A stretch of 62,906 nucleotides of DNA, the filler included, from Octopus bimaculoides (lineage: Eukaryota): NCBI RefSeq assembly GCF_001194135.2. It is 3 parts of 3 records of this genome, joined end to end, with 100 filler letters (N's around TTAATTAATTAA, not from the genome) between each part and the next. Parts side by side here need not be neighbours in the genome. Positions count along the whole stretch, not along the records: positions 41,345 to 62,906 come from NC_068986.1; 2 more parts are not named here. One strand, given 5' to 3'. Positions within the stretch are counted from its first letter, which is position 1. Each line of letters starts with the position of its first letter. The position numbers were made by a program, and so were the translations under genes. Below are positions 51,796-62,906 of this stretch, in pieces. Below the pieces are notes generated by a model. The model ran no database searches. It saw only the letters and a program-made list of their open reading frames with translations, and was not told where the DNA came from.

Positions 51796-54638
51796 TTATT
51801 ATTATTATATATATATATATNNNNNNNNNNNNNNNNNNNNNNNNNNNNNNNNNNNNNNNNNNNNNNNNNNNNNNNNNNNNNNNNNNNNNNNNNNNNNNNN
51901 NNNNNNNNNNNNNNNNNNNNNNNNNNNNNNNNNNNNNNNNNNNNNNNNNNNNNNNNNNNNNNNNNNNNNNNNNNNNNNNNNNNNNNNNNNNATATACATT
52001 AGTGCAAGTTTGTGTGCATATATCTTTTACTACTGTATATTGGTAAAAATTTCAATTTTTGAAAAAAACTAAAAATACCTTGTGTAGCATTTGTTCTGCC
52101 TCAGTTGTACAGACAATCCATAATAAATCTTGTCATCAGAAATGCAGTGACCTAGTGATTGGCACGTTAGAAATCTGGAACCATCAATATCATTGTTTCC
52201 CAAATGAATTATAAAACAAATGTGTATAAGCATCAAGGAACCAATCTTGTAACACACCCCTTTACTCATGAACAGTATGTAATCCAAGTCTTGCAACATG
52301 CCTAACAATCACTCATATTCTTCTCTGATAACCTGACCTCTATAACGTCATAAAAACTGCATCTCATCTCAAAGGAAAGGCTTTCTGTTCAAGGCCAGAA
52401 AATACATCACCTCTGATTTATTGCTGACCTTCTACACAACTTACATGCAATCGACATTAGAATACTGTGCTCATAGCTAGATTCTGCTGCTATTGCTAAA
52501 CACACAAACATTATTGATACTGATCACATTGAAAGTAAGGGAATCCAGATTTTTACCAGCATGCTACGTGCTTTTTCTTCAGTATGCATCATTCACTGTC
52601 ACTCCAATGATTACTGCTTCTTTGATGAGTCTCTCTTTTCTTTGTATCTAACTGAACTTGACATGCCTGACTCCCTTTCTTTCATCACCCCTTTCTGTCT
52701 TATATTCTACACTAAACATCCGATCAGTTATGAGTATGAGACATAGGGGCAGAGCCATTTTGGTGTCGCCTATTTGATAGCAAAGTTGACACTGACTGAT
52801 TTGACTCCGGATGCTTTAACTCTGTTTATGTCTGTTTATGTGTATGAGCATATTTCTCATTCTGTGTATGAAAGGAGAGAAGGTTTTTACACAAGTTGTA
52901 TTCAATTAATAAATTGCAATCTCTCTTTCCCTTCCTCCCTCTCTCTCTCTCTCTTCCTCTCTTTCTATCTGTATGTGTGCATGTATGTGTGCCTCCTGCA
53001 CCAAAAATTACTGTCACCAAAATAAACTGAATGTCCAGTCAGCATTACCAAAGCCTCAGTATCCAAACAGTTGCACCCAACTGTCTCATTCTGACCAATA
53101 ATTTTCTTTTGAGATCAAAACCTACTGGCATCAACCACGTTTATATCACCAGTCTAAGAGATCTTGAAAATACTATAGCAGTGTTCTTATTTCACGGACT
53201 AATAAACACAGAACAAAAACCTTATAACAAGAGGAAAATAGAGTTTAGAAGGAATGTAACATCCTTACATTAAATACTGCTGGGTAAAGAATAATCATGG
53301 TGATGATGTTGACAATAAAAATTGGCAACAAGAATAATAACATTGATGATCTGGGAAGAAAGAAAAATCTAATGTTCTCCTTGAATCAAAGTGACTCATT
53401 CATTTTGTGATTAATAACTTTATAGGTGTACTGCTGCTTTAATGAAATAATGGTTTCTTAACCAGATATTAAGCCTAAAGCAAATAGATTTAAGTGTTTT
53501 TGCCCAAAGATAGAAAGTAATATGAGCAGATGAATACAAATTCAAAGCCTGAAAGCCAGGAGACTAGTATCTTATCTACTCAGCTACATTTAAGATTTAA
53601 TGAAATAATGCCTGTGAAGACTCTTGTGAATAAATTTTTTTCCTTTTCCCTTAAGCATAATTCTAAAAACTGAAACGCAACAAAGATAGTAACATTATAC
53701 AATAAAGCAGAATGGTTTAATATTTTAGTTTATTTCTTTCCTGCAGTAAAATGAAGCTGATTCAATTTCTTTTTCCCTATCTTTTCTTCTGTATAATTGG
53801 TTTCTTGTTTGGATATATGTCAGAACAATCTTAGTCTGTTGTCACTGTTTCATTATTCAATTTAAGAAACACATCTATCAACCTGTCACTTACAGCTTTC
53901 TTTTGTCTGATTGGTTTTGATTATGCAAACAGTGTGAGATTGAGATTTAGACCTATAAATACATATACGCAAAAAACAAACAAACAAACAAAATAACTCT
54001 CCCATATTCCTTTGTTAATTACAGTTAAAAATGCCTAGCAGGAATACGAAGAAAATGTTTCATTACTCAACTATTTAATGTTATCTGATTACATATTTAC
54101 AATGCTAACATTTAATGTCCATTGATTGAATAGCTTCAAGAAATAATGAAAATTTGCATTTTAGCACTTAAACATCATAGCAGAATAGAATATAGGGACT
54201 TAATTTTACAGTTAGTCTCTCCTTTCCAGTGTGTATTCTTTAGCTTATCTTTTACATGTTTCAGTCTCAGACTGTAACTATGCTGGTGTATCACCTTGAA
54301 CAGTTTTAGTTGAATAAATTGATCTAAGTTCTTATTTTTTTTTCTCCAGCCTTGTATTTATTCTACTTGTTTCTTTTGCTGAACTGTTAATTTATAGGAA
54401 TGTAAACAAACCCACACCAGTTGTCAACAGTGGCAGGGGACAAATACAGACACAAAGACACACACACACACACACACGACAGACTTCCACACAGTTTCCA
54501 TTTGTCAAATTTACTCACAAGGTATTTGAAAGTATTAGGAGACATTGAGAGGTGCTGTGCAGTGGGACTGAACCTGAAATCAAGTGACTGCAAAGCGATG
54601 CCTACTTATGCATGTGTGTGTGTATGCATATATAAATA

Positions 54639-54679
<41 letters not shown>

Positions 54680-56273
54680 ATGCGTACTTATGTATTTATA
54701 ATTATTTGAATTTTATTTACTTCACAGCTATTCCAAGTGTCTGCTCACTTAAGAATCATTATTTTCTTGTTATCTGAACAATAATAAGAAACATAAGAAT
54801 CTCAGAGAAATAGTAGAGTAAATTCACATCCTTGACCAACTATAAAAAAAAAACACTACTATGATTGTACATACAAACATGAATAATGCATCATGCTCAT
54901 TTGTCCAAATATCTATACATAAACACATAACATCAAATCTTATCTTTCATATCATTTCACAATTACTTTTCTATACTGGCATGGATGGATTGAGTCATCG
55001 TAGTCCAAGTCAGTCCAGTGTATTGAGTACAGTTCATCATAGCACATGCACCAAAGATGTCATCATATCCTCAGTAGGACTAAAAAGAATCCTCTCTACT
55101 CAACATTGCTTCTGCTCATTTAAATCAGTGTGATCCAGAGAATGAATAGCTGAAAGAGAGAGGTGGGGGGAGAGGTAAAAAGGAAAAGAGCAAGGAGGAG
55201 AAAAGAGAGAGAACCAAGTTAGAAAAAAAATGAGAATGTGACTGAGAGTAGGAGTGAGAAGGTAACAGAAATAGGAGTAATGGAAGCAAGAAGTTAAATT
55301 GAAAGACATGACTAGTGTAAAGGGACAAAAGAATAATAAGAGAGAAACAATGATAGAAAAGGGAGTAGTGAACAGAAAGAACAATGAGGAGAGAATGGTG
55401 TATTGTTAATAATAAGTAATAAAGAAGGAAGTAATGTGAGCGAGTGTGATGGGCAGCAATAATGATAATGGTGTGTGAGAAAGAGACAAAGTGAGAAAGA
55501 GAGAGAAAAAGTGTGTGTGTGTGTGTGTGTGTGTGTGAGAAAGAGAAAGAGAGAGAGAAAGTGAGGGATAACTATAAAGAATGTTAATGATAAAGGGAGA
55601 TTGAATATTGATAGTTCCAGTGCTCTCACTCTCAGTAAACAGGTGGCATGATGGAAGAGAAGTAGAGTGATAAAGAATGATGGTAAGGAGATGAATGTGG
55701 TGAGACACATGCCACTCTTTGTTACACTGGTAGCAGTAACAAGGCGCAGTGATCAGAGAGATGAGTGATAAATAAGAAGATATGAAGCGAATATGTGTGT
55801 AGAGGGAGACAATAGATAGTGCTTAGCATGAATATAATGGATGAGAGACTCAAATGTAGATATTATATGTACTAACCTCCATCACCACCACCATGTTTAT
55901 GTTTGGTTTGCTGTACTTGCTTGAGTGGGCAGATCTTGTCCACAAATGTGCATGCACCCACACACCCACAAAGAACCACATGTCTAGTTAACGTGTTTAA
56001 TGTGTTATTTTTTTATTATTATAAAACTATAAAGCCATTTCATATTCGTTCACAATAATTGGTTTATACAAACCTTTACATTACATCTTGTTAAAAGCTA
56101 CATATCCTTAATATAACTGTTTAGCAATTTCATTACACTTCTAGAATTTAATTTCTAGAACTTAAACTTCTAGAAATTATTTGTTCTAGAGCTGCAGAAC
56201 ATAGTTTTTACCATGGTACACTAGTATATAAAGACAAAGCCAGTGGGGAACTACATGTCTCTTGATACTATGT

Positions 56274-56314
<41 letters not shown>

Positions 56315-58470
56315 AAGTTTATCACTGAAAGCAATATTATGTGCAACATTAGAAGCCCATGGGAACTGCTATATGCTGATGATCTTGTTCTCTTAGCAGA
56401 ATCTGTAACAGAACTAGAATACAAATTCTGGAAGTGGAAACAAAACCAGGAATCAAAAGGTTTTAAAGTAAACTTAGCCAAGACCAAGTTCCAAGTAAGC
56501 AAGAAATCAAACAGGACCTTACTCACTTCAGGTAAATAAACCTGCTCGTTATGTAGGAATGGTGTAGTAGGTAGGAATTCCATTCAGTGTACCTAGTGCA
56601 AGCTATGAACACACAAGAGGTACAATGAAATAGTAGGAAGGTTAACAGAGAAAGCAGTGTTTGTATATGGAAGATATACAGAAATCATAAAAACTAAGGA
56701 GATACAGGAAAATGATTTCCTCAAATGCTTCAGAAGCTCTCTAGAAGTAGTAGTGGAGGAGGATGTACCAAAAGTGTAATTGCTAGACTAAGAATAAGAA
56801 GGAGAAACTTACCCCTGTTGGCTACCAAAGTCTCTTTCTCTCTCTAAGTGTATTCAAGACCTGCCAACCACAGCAGAATTGATATACTCAAGCCACCTTG
56901 GTAATGCATGCCCATGAAGAGCTCTGCTCTGTCAACCTTCTCTGCCACCCACATTTCATTCCCTTATACCCATCACTTCCTTTGTCATCTGAGAGAAGAA
57001 TAGGTATATACTATACCCACTGGTGCAAGTGTATAAACAGCAATGCTACATGGTAGTGAGATGTGGACTCTGAATGCAGAAGACATGCAAAGGAAGGAAG
57101 CTGGTATGTAATGCTGGATTGCAGTGTCAGTGTACATGTGTGACAGAGCAGTAGTGTATTGAGAGAAAAGTTAGGCATAAGAGAAATTAGATGTTGTGTG
57201 CAAGACAGAAGACTGCACTGGTTTGGTCATGTGATGCGTATGGATGAGAACAGTTGCATAAAAAAGTGCCAATCACTTAGAGTTGATGAAACTTGTGGAA
57301 GAGGGAAACCCAAGAAGAAGTATAGAAGGCCAGTCTCAAAATACTAGGTCTGACTAATGAGATGACAAAAGACTGAGATATCAGGTGCCTTGCTGTATTC
57401 AAGATCTGCCCATCACAGCAGAATTGATATCTCCAAACCACCTTCGTAATGCATGTCCATGAAGGGCTCTGCTCCATCAACCTTCTCTGCCACTCATATT
57501 TCATTCCCTTATACCCATCACTTCCTCTGTCACTTGAGAGTAGAATAGGCATATACTATACCAACTGGCTTTCTCACATACCTTTACTCCCCCACCCCAA
57601 TTACCTTTCTTCCCTCCACTTGCTGTCTCTACCAATCACTTCCTAGGGTAGAGTGGGTGAAAAGTGTGTTGTTATATGTGGGTGGGACACAAGTCTTCTA
57701 GCACTTTGTTTGTGGACAGGTCTTTTCTAGAACCTCATATCACCAAACATCTTGGTCCATTGTCATTTCCTCCGTGAATCCCAGCATCCTAAGATCGTTC
57801 CTCACCCTGTCTTCCTGGGTCTCTCTCTCTTTCACTTTCAATGACAGGCACTTCTGTATGCAGTTCTCTTCACTCATCTGCATCACATGTCCAAACCAAA
57901 GCATTCTTCTCTCCTGCCTAACTTTTCTCTCAACACAGTTGTGCTTTGTTGGCCATGCACACTGATGTTGCAAATCCAACAGAGTACTCTACCTTCATTC
58001 CTCTCCAGTTTATGTATGTCCTCTGCAGTCAGAGCCTACGTCTCAATGTAGCTGTTTTCACACAAGCATCACACAATCTACCGTTCACTCTGAGAGAGAG
58101 AGAGCTTTTGCTGCCAACGGAGGTAGTAGTGCTCTGAACTTCCTCCATACTATTATTCTAGAAACAATACTTTCAGAGCATTCACTACCATTACTAATTT
58201 GGTCACCTAAATAGCAGAAACTATCTACTACCTCAAGAGAGCCTCCTTTGTTATATATGTGCATTATTGATGGAAACAAACTAATTTCCACTTACAGAAA
58301 ATATCAATATCATAATTCAAGCATTGATGTCTTAATTAACTTGCTTTGCAATCATGTGGTTTCAGGTTCAGTTCTGCAGTACAGCACCTTAGGCAAGTGC
58401 CTTCTACAATAACCTTAGGTCAACCAATATAGTGTGAGTGAATTCAGCTGACAGAAATTGTGTGGTAGCT

Positions 58471-58527
<57 letters not shown>

Positions 58528-58559
58528 TGTCCGACTGCTATTTCTTTTCGTTCTTGGAA

Positions 58560-58920
58560 TCACCAAGCTCGCACGTACTTCTTTGCCCCTCCTGTACGTG
58601 CTTCACAATGTTCAAGACAAAAACACTTCACGTCTGGCTGTACAGCATTTTTGTTTGTTTATTTCACCGTTTCGTTTTCCTGTCTTGTTTTCCGTCTGCC
58701 ACTACCCTCCACGAAAACAATTTAATTTGTGTTCGTGGGAAGAACCATTTTAACGATGCATACTGCCTTAATTCTTCGAAACGCTGGAGTTTTAATGGTG
58801 GCAGCTGATGAAGGGGATGTTTCTATGTGGCCTGCTTGTTTGTTGCACCTTGTTTACCATTTTGTCCTTGTTCTTTTGCCACGTCATGTACCCAGTTATG
58901 TATCTATATGTACATGTAGA
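58560..58920 (+). mobile_element. Penelope-like terminal-repeat fragment with hammerhead-like motifs
   Basis: CpG-richer, T-rich block with GAAAC (58778-82) and CTGATGA (58805-11). Confidence 0.35.
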
Positions 58921-61562
58921 TGAACGTATATACATACATGTACATATATATGCATATACTCATATATTGTTTTTATGTATATATATATACACCACATAGG
59001 CTAACAAACTTTTCCTAACCAGAAAGTAAATTGCTATAAACCTATTAGGAATTAAATACAGTTATATGACAAGATTCCAAAGTTGTCACCATAACATATC
59101 TATATTATGACAAAGATCAAGAATACAGTATAAATTAATGGAACCTTGCATTACTTACAATTCCAGACAAAATTCTTCTGAAAGTGTTATTTAATAGGAT
59201 TATTTTTCATGTTGCTGGCCATGATCAATATACACAAGTTATGATCATTACTTGTATATAGTAACTGATGAATGAAGAGTTTAACTCAGTAAATCTTAAA
59301 AGCCTTCACTATTCTAATGAAAATGTAGTATTGTAGCTGATGTTTAGAATTATATTTTCCTTTCATGTGATAATAATAGTCTATGTTGATAAAGGCAAAT
59401 GAAAATCTGCCAGGTTTTCACTAAGATTAATACAAAGTAAAGATATGTTACTTCTACTGATATTTGTCCTTTTAGAGGAGGATATCTCTAGGTCACCTCT
59501 GGGGCCTCCAACCTAGAATGAATCTATAATACTACTTTATTTGATATTGCATCTAGTTAAATCTGCATAAATGTTGCATATATATGTCTTTGGTAAATCT
59601 GCCCCAACACAATAATAAACCTGAAAAGCTGTATCTTTGGGATTCAAAAGAAAGGTTAGTGGTGCATTTGATCTTCTCAAAGCATGTGCAATCAAAATTA
59701 ATCTTTCTAAACATAAAATGGTAACAGCTGAGAAATGTCTTTGCTCTTGCAATTAACTGTGCATTATTTATTCATTCTGAAAAATGAACTCCAAGAGAAA
59801 ATCATAAGCAGCAGTGATGTCCAGTATTTTTATCTTCTGCTAGAAATTCTGTTATTGTCTAGGCCACATGACAATAGAACAGACCTGTTTCAATGAAACC
59901 TTTGAATAGTAGCATTTTATTTCATTCACTGGCTAGACATTTTCAAATACACTAAAGTTTGTGTCCTGTTATTCATGCAAAATGAGATGTTTATCTAAAA
60001 CCATTTTGACTGTCTACCATACCATCTGAAAGATAATAGAAATTGGTATACATATCTGCATATATATGTGAGTATGTGTCTGTCTGTCTGTCTATGTACA
60101 CACACACACACACACACACATACACACACACACATACACACACACACACACACACGCACACACATGTATGTGTATGTATTAGGTTTTTCAATTTTTTGAT
60201 ATTTTGTCCAGTTTTGCAGATGTTTCACATCTTGTTAGTTTGTGTTGTGAAGCATTTTATTATTAGCTCAGAGGTTGTGAGTTTGACTCCCGGCCAGGGT
60301 GTATGTTGTGTTCTTGAGCAAGAAAACTTTATTTCATGTTGTTCCAGTTCACTCAGCTGTAGAAATGAGTTGTGACATCACTGGTGCCAAGCTGTATCAG
60401 TCTTTGCTTTTCCCTTAGATAACATCGATGGCATGGAGAGGGGAAGTTGGTATGCTGGTTTTCCATAAACAACTTTGCCTGGATTTGTACCTTGGAGGGG
60501 GAACGTTCTAGGTGCAATCCTATGGTTATTAATGACTGAAGAAGGTCTTTAATCTTTACCCTATTTCTCAAAGTCAAATACAGTAGGTTTTATGGCAAGA
60601 AATCTACTGGATAGCCTTCTTCTGGTAGAGTATTAATATACTTTCAGAAGTATATGAATGATGCAATTCATGATAATTATGAAGTAGAAAGATGCAATTT
60701 TGTGTCTTCTCTATATATGTCTGACTCTCTCTTAAATTCATGGCTATTACTTAAGAAATATATGAAAATAAGCATTGGTGCTTGTATAAATAGACATAAT
60801 GTTGCTAATAAATGAATTTAATTTTTTATAAGGACTTAGGATATCTTGAACAATACACATTGAACAGTACCTAACCAATACACATTGAAAGATAATCCTT
60901 TCTACTATAGACACAAGGCCTGAAATTTGGGAGAGGGAGACTAGTCAATTACATTGATCCCAGTGTTTCACTAGTTCTTAATTTATTGACCCAGAAAGGA
61001 TGAAAGGCCAAGTCAACCTCAGAATGTTTTGGCAAACGAAATACTGTTAGGCATTTCACCTGGTGTGCTAATGATTCTGCTAGCTCACCACCTTACACAT
61101 TGAAATATAATGAAAAGTAACAGATTAATTGAACAAATGCAGCTAAAACTGTTATATTCATTAATTAAAATTTTGGTAAAAGTTTATAGGAGTCATTGAT
61201 ATAGTGGACTACAATTCCATTTGATAATACTCAGATTACTACTGGGTCATATGATTTTGGTAACACAGTATCATCACACACTACATTAAATGCTAGGTTA
61301 AGAATTCCATTAGGTTGTGGCATAACAGCAAATGCATTTGAATTTGAAAATGTTTTATACCTGCTTTACAACAACCACAGAGTCTTCATGTGGAAACTGC
61401 ATGCATACCATTTCCAAATTAACTTCATGTATCTACATGACACATTAATAAAAAAAAACTAAAAAATAACGTCAGATACACATAGAAAATGTAAGCCTAA
61501 TTTAGCCATATTAAAATGAAATAAAATCTAAAACAGAAGGGAACCCCAGTTATGTATATGTT

Positions 61563-61620
<58 letters not shown>

Positions 61621-61753
61621 GAAATATATACATATATATGTAAATGTATATATATGTATATACATATATAAATATACATATACATATATATATGTACATA
61701 TATATATACATACATATATAAATATACATATACATATATATATGTACATATAT

Positions 61754-61784
<31 letters not shown>

Positions 61785-62394
61785 TATATATNNNNNNNNN
61801 NNNNNNNNNNNNNNNNNNNNNNNNNNNNNNNNNNNNNNNNNNNNNNNNNNNNNNNNNNNNNNNNNNNNNNNNNNNNNNNNNNNNNNNNNNNNNNNNNNNN
61901 NNNNNNNNNNNNNNNNNNNNNNNNNNNNNNNNNNNNNNNNNNNNNNNNNNNNNNNNNNNNNNNNNNNNNNNNNNNNNNNNNNNNNNNNNNNNNNNNNNNN
62001 NNNNNNNNNNNNNNNNNNNNNNNNNNNNNNNNNNNNNNNNNNNNNNNNNNNNNNNNNNNNNNNNNNNNNNNNNNNNNNNNNNNNNNNNNNNNNNNNNNNN
62101 NNNNNNNNNNNNNNNNNNNNNNNNNNNNNNNNNNNNNNNNNNNNNNNNNNNNNNNNNNNNNNNNNNNNNNNNNNNNNNNNNNNNNNNNNNNNNNNNNNNN
62201 NNNNNNNNNNNNNNNNNNNNNNNNNNNNNNNNNNNNNNNNNNNNNNNNNNNNNNNNNNNNNNNNNNNNNNNNNNNNNNNNNNNNNNNNNNNNNNNNNNNN
62301 NNNNNNNNNNNNNNNNNNNNNNNNNNNNNNNNNNNNNNNNNNNNNNNNNNNNNNNNNNNNNNNNNNNNNNNNNNNNNNNNNNNNNNNNNNNNNA

Positions 62395-62906
62395 TTGAAG
62401 AGCTGAGGTCCTCTGAAACCGAGGCTGCTGCAGTATCTCGTTCTTATGTGAGATGCAGTGGATGGTACCTTTGGCACCATGCAGTGGCGATCCGTGCGGG
62501 CATTCCTGTAGTACTTGATGCCAAAGTTTGGCACCAGTCCTTCCAGTATTTTCCATATGTATATTATTACATATCTCTCCCGCCTGTGCTCCAGGGAGTA
62601 GAGACCTAGTGCCTTCAGTCACTCCCTGTAGTTCACCTGTTGGACTGTGGTGATCTTTTTTGTATAGTGCCGCTGAATTGCCTCGAGTTCTGCTGTCCGC
62701 TTAACATTGTGTGGTGACCACAACTGAGAGCAATAGTCTAGGTGGCTCAGAACAAATGTCTTCCATAGAGTCAATATGACTTTTTGATCCCTTGTACGGA
62801 ATGTCCTCAGTATCCACCCTGCCAGTTGTCTGCACTTTGCTGTCAACTTGACAATGTGCATGTGAAATGATGCATCACTACACATGTTGATGCCCAGATC
62901 TCTTAC
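62395..62906 (-). mobile_element. CR1/jockey-group LINE ORF2 C-terminal part, relatively young
   Basis: GWILRTFRTRD..VILTLWKTFVLSHLDYCSQLWSP...LEAIQRHYTKKI...LYSLEHRRERY.IIYIWKIL. Confidence 0.9.

Noticed and set aside
52072-52300. Minus-strand ORF with splice-like ends
   Set aside because: Opposite strand is a decayed CR1-like 3' fragment; probably coincidental.
53751-53834. Signal-peptide-like MKLIQFLFPYLFFCIIGFLFGY after an acceptor
   Set aside because: Stops after 27 codons, donor is non-consensus, and T-rich DNA yields such peptides by chance.

Overview
AT-rich, microsatellite- and SINE-dense animal genomic DNA, most likely octopus/cephalopod. This is inferred from the repeat families and the gene style. 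Recognisable host genes: (1) a minus-strand secreted GH18 chitinase with a signal-peptide exon (22.9 kb), an N-terminal GH18 exon (21.7-21.9 kb), a catalytic core apparently lost in assembly gaps, a microexon-coded linker and a terminal CBM14 chitin-binding exon (13.9-14.1 kb); (2) a plus-strand first exon resembling a CYP4-clan cytochrome P450 (35.8 kb) with no later exons visible. The rest is mostly tRNA-derived SINEs, mariner relics, hAT/piggyBac-type MITEs, fragments of RTE, CR1, L1/Tx1 and RLE-type LINEs, Penelope-like relics and simple repeats. Nearly all ORFs in the supplied track are microsatellite or N-gap artefacts. Most notable: a ~550-bp module at 28.8-29.35 kb made of three 60-bp E-box repeats, a TATA box and two hammerhead-ribozyme-like cores, one forming a near-complete type III hammerhead. 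Also notable are the microexon-built chitinase linker, a sharp onset of CpG decay just after the CYP exon, and a local duplication of the CYP upstream region. No database searches or folding programs were run; family assignments come from motif recognition by eye.
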